Assembly (NCBI GenBank): GCA_047495785.1
Contig: JBLDXI010000009.1
Span: forward strand, 310,001 to 374,000
Source: Lepidodermella squamata
Taxonomy: Eukaryota > Animalia > Gastrotricha
DNA length: 64,000 nt
Reading direction: 5' to 3'
The notes under the pieces were generated by a model. The model searched no databases and was not told the DNA's origin. It saw only the letters and a program-made list of their open reading frames with translations. Shown in pieces: positions 50,943 through 62,700 of the stretch. Positions within the stretch are counted from its first letter, which is position 1. Every line of letters begins with the position of its first letter. Made by a program: the position numbers and the translations under genes.

Positions 50943-52230
50943 CTAAAACCGGCCGTATCCCGAGCCGCCGCCACCGCCGTTCGACGTATTGGCAAGCTCG
51001 TCGTCGTCCAGGAGCGGCGCTTGTCCGGCGGATGTCAAATTACTCTTGGCATCGGGTAGGCCAGTTCCAGTTGACTTTTTGCTCAGACCCTTGCGTGAGA
51101 AAAATTTCTTCGCCAACTTAGCAAGTTTCACTTTAGTGGAGTGACCCATGTGCTTTGTCATCTCCGGGTTCAGCCGGCGGTGACCTGACCCCGAGCTTCG
51201 AGTTGGCGAGTACGGGAAACTTCCAGCATCCGGCATTCGCTGCAACTCTTCCCTGCGAGATTCTGCGGAAAAAAAAGACATTCAAGCCATGATCGACAAA
51301 GGCGAGAAAGTTATATACCATGAAAATTGGGATGATCAACTGGTAAAGTCGAATACTGGCGACCAGATCCGCCTTGAAAGTTCGAGATTCCTTGTTCTAT
51401 ATCAAAATATTAAAAAAATTGGCGCTCAAAATATGGAAGCAGACCTCTATTCACTGCGTCCATAAAGTCTTCATCTTGGCTCAGCATTTTGAGAAATTCT
51501 TCATTTTGAAGCATAATAGCGATTCGTTCGTCTTCTAGGAATGCATGCAAGTCGCCATCTTCCATTCCAGCATTGGCAGCATTCGCACGGAGTTCTTCAT
51601 TTTCTCTCAGACGTTTCGTCAGCGTGTCAGAATTAAGATCGCGAAGCATTTTTGAGCCAGCAACTGAATCGGCTCCCTGGTAACTTGACGTACCAGGATT
51701 GCCCGGAATTACTAAAAAGTCTGCGGGCAGAGGACGCAACATAGCGGGTTTCCATCGCGAATTCGTTGAAAGCTCTACGAGAACAGTATTAATATAGATA
51801 AGTTAGAAACGAAATGTTTGCAACACACCGTCAGTGAAGCTAATATGAACCAAAGAATCGCTAACATCTTCAACAGCGTCAGAACTGCCGCTTGGATATG
51901 GCCGCTGATTGCGATGAGATGCGGCATTCTTTGAAAACAATTACTGAAGTAAAGAAATTGTTGTGTACATGAAAGTATAAGAAATACCGAAGGTTTGTTT
52001 GAAGCTGGTTGAGAGGGAGAAGATGATATTTTCAATAAGCTGTCTATCGTTGAGTCAACTGATCCGCCATGAGAACGTAATACTTGTTCAATAACCTCAT
52101 CTTCGAGGTTCGGAAACATCGCTCGGAAAGTCTGCATTGCTTCCATGAAGTCAAGAACCATTCTGCTGTCAGCAGATGCATTATGCGAATCCTGCCACCG
52201 GTTTTCAGCTGGTAATGCTGACCAAGACAT
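50943..52230 (-). CDS. CUEDC1: CUE domain-containing protein 1
   Basis: CUE domain 'AMQTFRAMFPNLEDEVIEQVLRSHGGSVDSTIDSLL', then 'WKPAMLRPLPADFL', 'LEDERIAIMLQNEEF', 'KHMGHSTKVKLAKLAKKF'. Confidence 0.9.
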
Positions 52231-52315
52231 TTTTAATTAAATATCATTCTACAAATCAAAATTTTGAAGCATGAACGCATTCAGACACCTTTAATTTGAG
52301 CACCAACAACAATTT

Positions 52316-53185
52316 TCAGGCTAAGAAAGTTCTCTTTTTCGTCGTATTCATGTACGGCCGGAAGACCCATTCGATATCAGCAGCTTCGGCAGTATCCACT
52401 GTGCCTAATATGATCTTGTAAAGCTGAAGATTAAAACGCGGTCCCACTTCTTTCAGCTCAACCTTCGTTCCGTTTTCAACTTTGTAAGTGTGGTGTCGAA
52501 ACACAATCGTATCGTCTTTATTCACGAAAGACACAACACGACGGCTCTCAGATCGAGGAACGGGAAACAAGTATTTTAAAATCGATTTCACTCGCAAGCC
52601 AAGTCGCGATGAAAAATTGTCAAAAACAAGATGTGGATATTCTTCAGAGGCGGTACCAATGTCAGGAATGTCATGTCGCATGACGCAGTCGGAAATCGTA
52701 AAATAAGCCGTTGGGCCTAACGGTAAATGGCAAACAACCATACCATCAGGCACACCGCGATGCTCGTGTAACACAATGACATCCGTAACATCGTTGGCTC
52801 GACACGCATTCATTAGCTGAGACAGCTCGTAACTACCGCGATTAATTCTTTGGCTATTAGGGAATAACAGCTTCACTTCTTTCGCGAACTGCTTCAGTTT
52901 AGAGCTCGGGTCTCGAGATGTGGTGACAACGATTTTAGGGTCAGCTACTCCTGCCCAGCGATATTCATCATCCTCATGAACTGTAACATTAGCAGCTCCA
53001 TCGGCTTCCCATTCAACTTGATCCTGTAAGGCCAGTGCTTCACGGCGAAGTTCAGTTGGAATAAGTTTATTTTCATCCAAGGCATGTTTCAACTTCTCCT
53101 TTTTAGCGAGAATTTTAATTTGCTCTGATTCCTTGGTTTTCCGAGCCAAATATTCTCTTCTCAGGCGGGCCTGGCGCCGAAACAT
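52316..53185 (-). CDS. IMP4: U3 snoRNP protein IMP4 (Brix domain), intronless
   Basis: 'MFRRQARLRREYL', 'DDEYRWAG..DPKIVVTTSRDPSSKL', 'HEHRGVPDG...HLPLGPTAYF', 'EVGPRF'. Confidence 0.97.
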   Translation of the reverse strand: MFRRQARLRREYLARKTKESEQIKILAKKEKLKHALDENKLIPTELRREALALQDQVEWEADGAANVTVHEDDEYRWAGVADPKIVVTTSRDPSSKLKQFAKEVKLLFPNSQRINRGSYELSQLMNACRANDVTDVIVLHEHRGVPDGMVVCHLPLGPTAYFTISDCVMRHDIPDIGTASEEYPHLVFDNFSSRLGLRVKSILKYLFPVPRSESRRVVSFVNKDDTIVFRHHTYKVENGTKVELKEVGPRFNLQLYKIILGTVDTAEAADIEWVFRPYMNTTKKRTFLA

Positions 53186-53563
53186 TTGACTGATGGAGCG
53201 TAAATGGTAATAAAACTCCTAAAAGATAACATCTGCATTGTGCATCTCTGGCAACTGGCAATGATTGATGATAATGGTGAGGTATATAACGCGCAAGACG
53301 AGCGATCGATAAGTACTTATAAGTACCGAGGATCGAACCCATGCTTTGAACTTTCAACTTGGAGCTAAGCTTTTAAGAGTGATGGTAGAGATAGCCCTGT
53401 GAAGATATTCGGGTTCTAGAGAATTATGGTTGATAGCAGTACATTTTTCTAATTGCCAACAGCACGAAACCCAACAACCGGAGACTAAGATCTGAAACGG
53501 GAGACAGCGAGCTCTATGCGCACACATACACACGGGATCGCAAAACCCTGCCCAGATGAAAAC

Positions 53564-54205
53564 GCCGTAAGGTATTCCGGGATAGCCCCAATGTATAGTA
53601 TACATCGTGTATAGCGCGCACTTGTATACTATACAACCGTATACTATACAGCGTGTATACTATACATGTATACTATACAAGCTGCGGATGCGCGCGCGCA
53701 CTTGTATACCATACAAGTACGTCAAAATTACGGCCGTTTTCAAACCTAAAATGCAGATCAAGTTGGTAGAAGCATGACCCCCTGCTTAACATTCGAATTT
53801 AGATAAATCGGTAGTTGCTCTAGGCTCTATGAACAAGCGTTTAGCATTCAGCTTCGGGAAAATTAGGTATGAATTTTACAGCCAAATTGAATTGTGGCCA
53901 GACTGTGGAATGAGGGACATGTCTAGAAGAGTAATAATTTGATTGGCTCGAAAATAGTTGATTACAGGATCTTTAAAAAGCTGTTTCTTGTGTAGAGTGC
54001 GCGTAGATTGCATAGAAGCGCGCTCAAGAAGTTGCAACTTGTATAGTATACATGTATGGTATACAAGCACCTAGTGCGCACTCCATGGTTGAATAGTATA
54101 CATGTATAGTATACACGCTGTATAGTATACGGTTGTATAGTATACAAGTGCGCGCTATACACGATGTATACTATACATTGGGGCTATCCCGGAATACCTT
54201 ACGGC
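53564..54205. mobile_element. 642-bp MITE with perfect 113-bp terminal inverted repeats and 8-bp target-site duplication
   Basis: 53564-53676 is the exact reverse complement of 54093-54205. Flanked by ATGAAAAC at 53556-53563 and 54206-54213. TIRs are built of TATACTATACA sub-repeats. Confidence 0.93.
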
Positions 54206-54396
54206 ATGAAAACCCTGATGCAGCAAGCTCATTAAATAACCCCGCCACTTTTCATTCGATCATTCTTCAGAATCAACTTTTTATGAAAACCACTTAATTA
54301 TTTATCAAGTACAAAATAATAAAATTTGATGAGAAGATAGAATAATTTTAAAATACATAATTTCTGTTTTAATCGAGGGTAAGAGAGAAAACTGCA

Positions 54397-54415
54397 GTGG
54401 CTGTCGCACAGCCAC
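54397..54415 (-). other. candidate Helitron 3' terminal stem-loop
   Basis: GTGGCTGT-CGC-ACAGCCAC is an 8-bp perfect stem with a 3-nt loop, followed on the minus strand by TGCAGTTTT. Confidence 0.6.
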
Positions 54416-54562
54416 AATCCGGGAGGGTTGGAAGTTGGTTGGGGCCGTGGCGATCGGAGGTAAAGTTAGGGAAGGTTAATAACTGAATAACTGTTAGCAT
54501 TCGTGGATTGAGATGCTTCTATTAGTTCTTGTGGTGTACCAAAAATATCTACAAGAAAATAC

Positions 54563-54594
54563 GATGGATGGGTGGATGGATGGATGGATGGATG
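54563..54594. repeat. (GATG)n tetranucleotide microsatellite
   Basis: gatggatgggtggatggatggatggatggatg. Confidence 0.9.
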
Positions 54595-55246
54595 TTAGAC
54601 CCTGACACCAATTCTGGTGATTTAACAGGGCTTGGGTTTATAAGTTAAAACCTGTCACCGATGACCGAATCCGATTCGATGACCAGGGCTTTCGAGCTAG
54701 TCAGCTTACGAATGAAGGGGTCGGTCTGACTCTATCAATAATTGAAAATAAGGTTACAGCTGCTGCTTTATCTTGCTCTTAGCTTGTTAATTTTATGTTT
54801 GTGTCTCTTGCGTGCTTCGCAACATCATTTATTTCAGCGCCAGAACTTTAGTTTTGATTTATGATTACTTGAGACGTGCGTCCTTATTAGCTTCTATTGC
54901 GTCATACAATTGGGATGACTACCCACTAATACATATATTTTTATCTAGCCTATCATCAATCAATCAGGATTGTTACGGAAAATTGCCCACAAAGATATGC
55001 TGTTGTTCGCCATTCAAGCTCCAACTAAGTGTTGCTAAAGTTGGCAAAAAAATTAGCTTCTACTGGCTTCCGGAAATAATAAAAGTTGGGTTGAATTGAC
55101 ACTCAGACGCGTTTTATTGTTAAAGTTTGTTGAATGAGCAGTAAAGAAAAAGTTGTACTTCAATTGAAAAGTTTCACAATAAAACTGATGTAATGAAATG
55201 AAATGAGATGATGAAAAAAGAATGATCAAAATGAGTAAAAACAGTG

Positions 55247-56349
55247 TTATTTTCGCATTGGTACAAGTTGGCGGCGAAGGACCATGGCCTCTTCGAAGTC
55301 GGGATTGACTTGCAGGTTCCTTGTGCAGGAAACCTGAAGGCCGAAACGCTCCGAGCGTTGAATCGTAGCATGCTTGAACGCTACTATTTTCGGCTTGGTT
55401 GCTCGTTTGAGGGCAGGAATTTGGTCCTCCCATACGCACATCTTCACGCTGACGAGAGGAGAAAGCTTCAGCGTGAAATCCATTTTTGTCAACGGACGAT
55501 TCTGAAAAATTGAAAAATAAAAAAAAACCAGGAGTAATAAAAATACATACGATGCCGCTTTTTGTAGGCGTTACAGGCGCTGGCGCTTCTTCTTGGCTGA
55601 CGAAACCAAGCAGGTCAGTGAAGCGCCTGGTTTCGTTGAGCTGAATAGCCGCAAAATCCGTCGGCGAAATAACGTTCCACGTCAGCTGAGGAACGAGGAT
55701 ATCGTCGACGGGCACTGCTGTGAACGAAGATTCAGCTCTGAAACTTGTTGCCCCGAAAACTGGGTCGGTGTCCTGTTGGGAAATAGATTAAATTAAATGA
55801 CCGGTAAAGAATTGATGAATGAATGGCAAATTATATAATGTCAAGAAATTTCTCACCTTTTCGGCCTTGAAGCCGAAAATTTTGAAAGTTCTGTTGAAGA
55901 GCAGCTTGCCGGCTATCAGCTCAGCTTGCGTGGTGCATTTGAGCTTCCGGTTGTCCTTGCCGTCGTAAATGACGAAGGTGACCATTGCGCCGTTGGAGTA
56001 GTGACTAGGAACAAATAACTAGGTATAAAAAACTCAAGCGTAGAAATTCAAATTACGCAATGCCGCTGGAGCTAGCGACTCGAATTATCACTGCGGCGTC
56101 ATGGACTGGCGTTGTCAATGTCCAGAGCGAGAGCGGCTTAACTGGCGTTGTCGACATGACGTCAGTTAGATCGAAGTCATAGTCGACCGAATCCTCGTTT
56201 ATCAAATCTGGAAAAATACGAGTCACCAGAATTAACTAATTGCAGTAAAAATTACTGGGTGAATCGATCCTTGCCCTCGATTCAGGGCGTTCGCCCTCCG
56301 ACATCTCATTAAGATTGAGCCCGTGTTTTATTCCGCGACCACGAGACAT
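55247..56349 (-). CDS. RPA70-like ssDNA-binding protein containing only OB-folds DBD-A and DBD-B, 5 exons, ~290 aa
   Basis: Phase-consistent GT-AG splicing gives 'AAVIIRVASSSGIAHYSNGAMVTFVIYDG...VPQLTWNVI...FTDLLGFV...VSVKMCVWED...IVAFKHATI...LQVNPDFEEAMVLRRQL'. This parallels RPA1 'WTICARV...LPTVQFDF...VDIIGIC...VTATLWGE...VLAIKGARV...IIANPDIPEAYKLRGWF'. Confidence 0.8.
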
Positions 56350-56790
56350 GTCAGATTGAAATGAGATTAAAAAACGATAAGAATAATAACAAGGAATAAT
56401 AATAGGATAATAATGAAGAACAATAGTACACGAAAATGTTGAGAAAGCTGTGAATGATGTTGATGACCACAGAAGGGAGGTTTAAGTAGCCAAAAAGGCG
56501 GTAAAATGGTGGCAGATTTACTTTTTAAAGCACGCGACGTTTTGGCGCGTAGTATTGCGCAACAATTGAATTACAAATGGGCGTGAAGCAGCCTGACAGA
56601 GTAATCGGAAATTCATAGGAGAGCACGTTGGAAATGTCAAACAACTAGCTACTCCTTAGAATATCGGATTTCATTAGTCAGTGAAATGTTGATCGAAAAT
56701 TGCTAAAATTGTTTACAACCACCTTTACGTCCAAGTTCCAATGGAGAAGTTTTATTGCTAATCAACTAAAGACGTAATAATGGCTCATAA

Positions 56791-59700
56791 TTACGAAGGC
56801 TGTGAAGGAAAGGCGAAGTCGTAGCGTGACTTGGTGTTACGATGAAGCACACTTAAACGTTCCATTTCCTTGCATAGTGCCGGGCACGGCTTGCATAGAC
56901 TCATGAGAGACTCTGGGAGGTCGATGATGCCGATGCTGCTCAGGCCCCGCTTTCCGCGTGAAATTTGGACGTAAAAATGCCTTGGGGACGTTTCGGCAAT
57001 AATATACCGATCAAATTGGCAACCTGAAGACACGAGATTTTGACTTTGCTAAATAAAATTATCACAACATTAAACCTTGCGTGCAGTGAGTGGTCATTAC
57101 ATCTGCTTGCCTCAGCTGAACGGCCGTAATGGTGATGGATACGGTTTTCCGTTGGTTGTGCTTGCTGTTCGCGATTTTAACGCGATTTCGCAATTTATGT
57201 TGCATTGGAGGCAACGCAATAACGTTATCGGGAAGGCCTGGGGGTTGGTTCGGCGGCTTATACCTCAACTTCCCCGACGCGAGTTCCACTAAGACATATT
57301 CAATGGTTGCGCGCTTCTTAGTTGACGGATCGATCGGAATACGGAATCGCATTCCTTCAAATTCTCGCTGAAATTTAGGAAAAATAATTAAACATTTCGG
57401 GATGTATGAAATATTACAAGAACGTATTGCGTATTTTCGGGAAACTTCCAACCAACAATTCGTCCCCTTGTGCCGTTCGCCAAACCTAAATAATTCAAGG
57501 ATGATTCATCTAAAGAACAATTTGAACAGGACTAAAATTGTTATCATGCTGAAATTTAAAAAATCCTTTTAGAATTTCATATCAAATTTATGGTTTATCG
57601 GATATACGTAATCACAATCCCTAAAACTGAAATAATCGAATGAATTTTCAAGGACAATCATGCTTTCTTATAAAAATTGACAAATAATTTGGTTTCGCTT
57701 AAAGTATGTCTTAAGTTTTAAAGTCTTAAGTAACGGATATCGGATAAAAATACCCATCGGAACGTTAAGGCTCGTTGAAATTAGCACATTGGCACCCAAG
57801 TACAACGGCAGGAATGTTTGAATTCTCTCCAATTTCTCATCGCCCAGTGTTTTCAAGAAATCAATTTCATGTTTGGAGAGCGGTTCTGCCTTATCGGAAG
57901 AGATTTTGAAATCAGCTTCGAGCATAATTGGTTCTTTCTCGCCTTTTTCGGCCAACTCAAGACAAACTGAACGAAGATGTTGTTTCGCCAATCGATGCCG
58001 TGTTTCATTTTGGGTGACTATTTTCGGACAAAACCCGTCTCCATCGGGGATTTTTCCAATTCGGTCGCGTAGAAGGTTCCAAATTTCGTCATCCCACAAG
58101 CCCTGGCGTATTTTCTCCTGTAAGGCTGCGTAATCAGGAGCGTCAGTACGGAGATTTTTCGTGAGCAACACAGTGTTTTGAGTGATCGTTCGATAGCATC
58201 GGAAACCCTCAGATTGGCCTTTTTCAGAATATAATAGGGACCCATTGACAGGGGGTAGTTGGAAGAAGTCGCCAGCAAGAACAACATTGGCACAGCCGAA
58301 AAAATTGCCTTTCCTCTTGTCGTCAAACACTTCTTGTATCCACTTTTCAAGAGCTTCGAGCTGATTTTGAGCTGTATTAATATGACATGAAAAAAATTAA
58401 AACTAGCGCACTTTTAAATAATCTACTTAATTAAAATTTAACATAGAGTCGATTCCATCATTTATTTGTCCGTCTAAAAATCCTTCCTAAGAATATTGAG
58501 CTACTAAAATAGTAATTACCCAACATTGAGAGTTCGTCAATGATGATCAATTTGAGGCCGCCGAAGCGTTGTCTGATGTTATCAGAAATGCTTTTGCAAT
58601 CGCTCTGGACGAATCCGCAAATTGCCGAGGCTAGAGTACAGCCGTTAACATTGATCGCAGCTACTCCCGAGACTGCCATTGTTGCAATGGAGCCCGGTCG
58701 TTGCCAGCTAGCAGCAAGAGCCAGCCATCCGCGGATTACCTATATGGTGTAAATAAATTGCTACAGCGTTAATAAATCGAGGTTATACTTACGGTGGATT
58801 TCCCAGCGCCTCCTAGGCCATGTAGCAGCAACACCTGCTGATGGTCAAGCAAAGTCTCAATTGACATATCGTCAACCTCGTCATCCAGAAGGCGTTGCAA
58901 AAAAGCTCTTCCTTGTACGATGAATGCCCTGTGCTGATCCTCGGTGTAGTTGAAAGCCTTCGAAATCTCATTTAAAGACGCAAAAATTGGAATTCGAATT
59001 TCAGGCTGGCCAGGGCTTCCCGGGACATTGACAAAAGCGTCTATTTGGTTTCGGGTCTGAGATTTACGTGCGTCACAGTAGGTGCTACTGCTTGATTGAT
59101 ACAAGCAATCATCACGCGCCAATTTGCCCAGAACAAGCACTTCAGTGACTGATAATGGCCGGTATTTACCTTCAGGCTTCGGCAATACATCGTTCAAAGC
59201 AACGGGAGACTCGCCATTTTCGATTTCGGTAGGCTTTTGCTTGATTCCGCTCTCCAAATCTTTCTGGCTAACGTGGCTCAGATGGCTCGGCAAATTTAGA
59301 TCAGCGAGAAATGACGTGTTATTTGAACCATCGACTTCAACTTCATCCGCGAGCCAGTTGTCTTCGTCGGCGTCCGAATAGATTTCAGAATCGACATTTT
59401 CCATACTTTCAAAGGAATAGTCGAATTCAGCTTGATTTTCTTCGTTTTCTCCCACGATTTCTGAAGCATTCAGGTCGCTCCGATTTGGCATGTTCTGAAA
59501 GTTCAGAAAATTTGAAGTTTAATATTAATTTACACATGATTAATTTTGATTATTACCTTCTCCATTTCTTTGAGGTGTTCATAATAAGCCTCGGTCATTT
59601 GCTGGCCTTTAAGCAGCATGTCCCAGCGATCTTGATTATACTTAATATATTTCAGGCCGTTATCCGACACGTCTCCGGACGTTAAGGCGTCTCTCCACGC

Positions 59701-62700
59701 TTCAGTCCAAGTGTTTTTAGAGCGTTTCAAATCGCCGATGCTTCGGGGTAACGGCACGAACATCAGTAAACAGGATAATGCGAAATCTTCCATCTGTTTA
59801 TCGTTTTCTATTCTTTGGGTAGGCAACAAGCCTGGGCCAACGACTACTACGACAGCTGGTTGCTCGCGTTGACGATATGCCATTTTTCTGAATTGAGCGT
59901 GCTCAGGTTGGAATCTGTAGCAATCGTCATTTTTCCCCAGGGCACATTTCTCGAAATGCATGGTGATATCATACCAGCACAAATTTTCAAATTCTTCAGG
60001 TCGCAATATGATATCGGAAATCGCATGGTACCCCTTGAAAGAACCGTCATTTTGTCGCTCGAGATTAACATTAACGTCTCGATTGTTCAAAAGAGCCAAG
60101 GCTGAGTTCAGGTACAGTCGACTGGAAACGTGGGACTCGTAAAACGCGATATCGTTCCTCAACAAATACAGTGCTGCCATTGGAGTGCAGATCTCTTGCC
60201 GGTGGGTCAAGTTGTACAGGAGACTGCGCAATCGCCCAGCGCCTCGTTGAGCTTCAGGGATGGTTTCAGTTTCTCTGTCTATTCGGCGCTTGATTGATTT
60301 CTCCAATCCTTCGGAGTACGCTTGGATAGCAGCTTTTGAATCGACATCTTCCTGAGGTTTCGTCACATACTTCACAGAATAGGTAATCGAACAGCCTCGC
60401 AAATGTCGTATGTCGTGATTCGATCTAATCAGCGAGAAAAGTTCAGACGAGAATCCATTCAGCCATTCACACCCTAGGGTTCGCCTTAACTTGACCTCTT
60501 CATCGATACGAACTCCAGCGGTATTATTGGACCCGATTGTAGTTTCAGCGGTACGATCTGCGGGCTTTCCAAAACGGCAGTAACAGTGCTTCATTCCTCG
60601 TTTTGGCCCTATGGTACATAAAAATTTAATTCAATTTCGTCATTGTAAAATATTTACTAATACCTTTTTTGAAACAACTGCTATAATGCATGTATGCATG
60701 TTCCTGGACAGCAGCAATGCCTTCGGTCAAGAAAATTGAATCGAAAATGAGTTTTCTTTCCTCCTCTGAAATTAAGCCGACCAAGCTTTCACCTGACAGG
60801 TGTCTGATGATCTTTTCATTGCATGCAATTACAGTCGCGTCGTCGATAGTGGCGGGGAGCGGAAAAGGCTGCGGAGTTGCCAGTCTCAAGCGAACTGAAG
60901 GTTTTAAATTCGTGAGGTCAAGACCAAAAGTTTCGGTCAGAGCGGTGAAACACTTTTCACGCAAAGAGCAAGCCGTAAAATTCGTGCTACAGCCAGGACA
61001 CGAAGCTATCGAGTAGGGGCAACGATTTGCATTCTTCATCTTTAAAAATAGCTCCAGCTTGCGCATAGACAAATTAGCTTTTCCGCAACAAGGACATATA
61101 AAATTCGGATGACCCTCTGCGTCGGTACCGTTGTGAAAAAATTTGAAAATCGGATACTCAGCTGAAGTTGCCGAATCAGCGAAATCCTTCAGAGCTGTTT
61201 CAAAATGTGGATCTTCGGCCTCTTCGAGGGATGTACGAGGCCCATCCAACCATAACAACGCATGCCAGTGTAGCGTTCCCGATCCTTGGCTTTCAATTCC
61301 GGCTGTCCAAGCTCGTACTCGGCCGAAATACCCACCGTCTGGGGTGGAACACTTTTTTTCACGATCCCAGCCGAGAAACGGGCCGAAAATGAATGCGGAC
61401 AGCTTGTCGAAATAAGCAGCAGCCGCAACAGGGTCCAATCCTGCATGTTTCTGGATCCAGTTCAGAGGTGGCAACGATTTCCCAGAATAAAAATCGTCTA
61501 AGGTTATTGCTGAGTCGGCGATTTCTGACTTATCTGGGTCAGACAATGTGAGCAGCCAATTGTTGTGATCGGTAGGTGATACCGTGACCATTAAATGGGG
61601 TTTGCCAAAACGACCGTAGTAGCCATACACACGGTTCCTCATTTCTTCGCGCTCGAACTTATTCCCAAATGTATTGCCGGCGGCCTTCTCAATACACTTG
61701 AGGACACGTGATGCAGAGCGAAGAGACTCGGGGATATCGCTCGGCTTTTGGTTTCGGCTTATTGCAGCTCTGGCCCCAATTTGGTACTGAAGCAGTTCAG
61801 AAAAATTTTCGGGTGAAACGCTTACAGCTTCCGCCGCAATATTCGGATCACATTTTAATCGCACAGACAGCTGCAAGTGCGCTCGTTTCCGAGCTATCAT
61901 ATCAAACGCCAGCAAAACGAAATTCGCATCTATCGCAAATCTTCGATCGGCTATTCGCATCAAATGTTTCACCGCTTTTTCTAACGAGACATGCACCGGC
62001 CGTGGGCATAAAGGCGAGCCAACCCCGTACGGGAACAAATTAGGAAAAGCCTTGATAAAAAATTCGGCGTCACGTTCATTTTGGAAGACGTTCGATGATG
62101 TCACACGAAAACGTTTTAGATTTTCGCCGTCTTTGATTTCATCAACTTTTTCGACATCAGGTTGCCGGCCTTGCGATGTGTTGACATCAAATAAACCAGA
62201 ATGAGTTTCTAACAATCCACCTTCATCTAAACCGCTATTCACGCGAATCGATTCTGCGCTGATGTCACCCATGATTTCTTCGCCATCATTCAAAATCGTA
62301 GTCAAATCCAACCTTTCATCATCTTCAGGTAATGCATTGAGCGCAACATCATCAATGGGAATCATTTTGAACGATTTGTTGTTTTGTTTCAAGAACATCA
62401 TGAAGTCACGCACCAATTCTCGCCGAACACGAACGTATTTTTGTTTGGCAATCTAACCATACAAGTCAAATATGAAATAAATCTCCAAAATTTCACAAAT
62501 TTTACCTTCATGTCATCGTCAGTAGCATTCGCGAAAACAACAAGGTAATCTTTATCTTCCAAAGCCATGGGCATTTGTGTAGCAGCAGGACCGGGAGTAG
62601 CGACAAGAGCAATCGTGTGGCTACGTAATTGTCTGCGTAAATTTCGACCGATTATTTGAATGTTCGCAGCAATTTGAACGAGCGATGTCATCTTTCGTTC

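Noticed and set aside
53590-53720. Regularly spaced TATACTATACA repeats suggesting a CRISPR-like array
   Set aside because: Units are short with 1-7 nt spacers, lie within MITE TIRs, and the context is eukaryotic with no cas genes.
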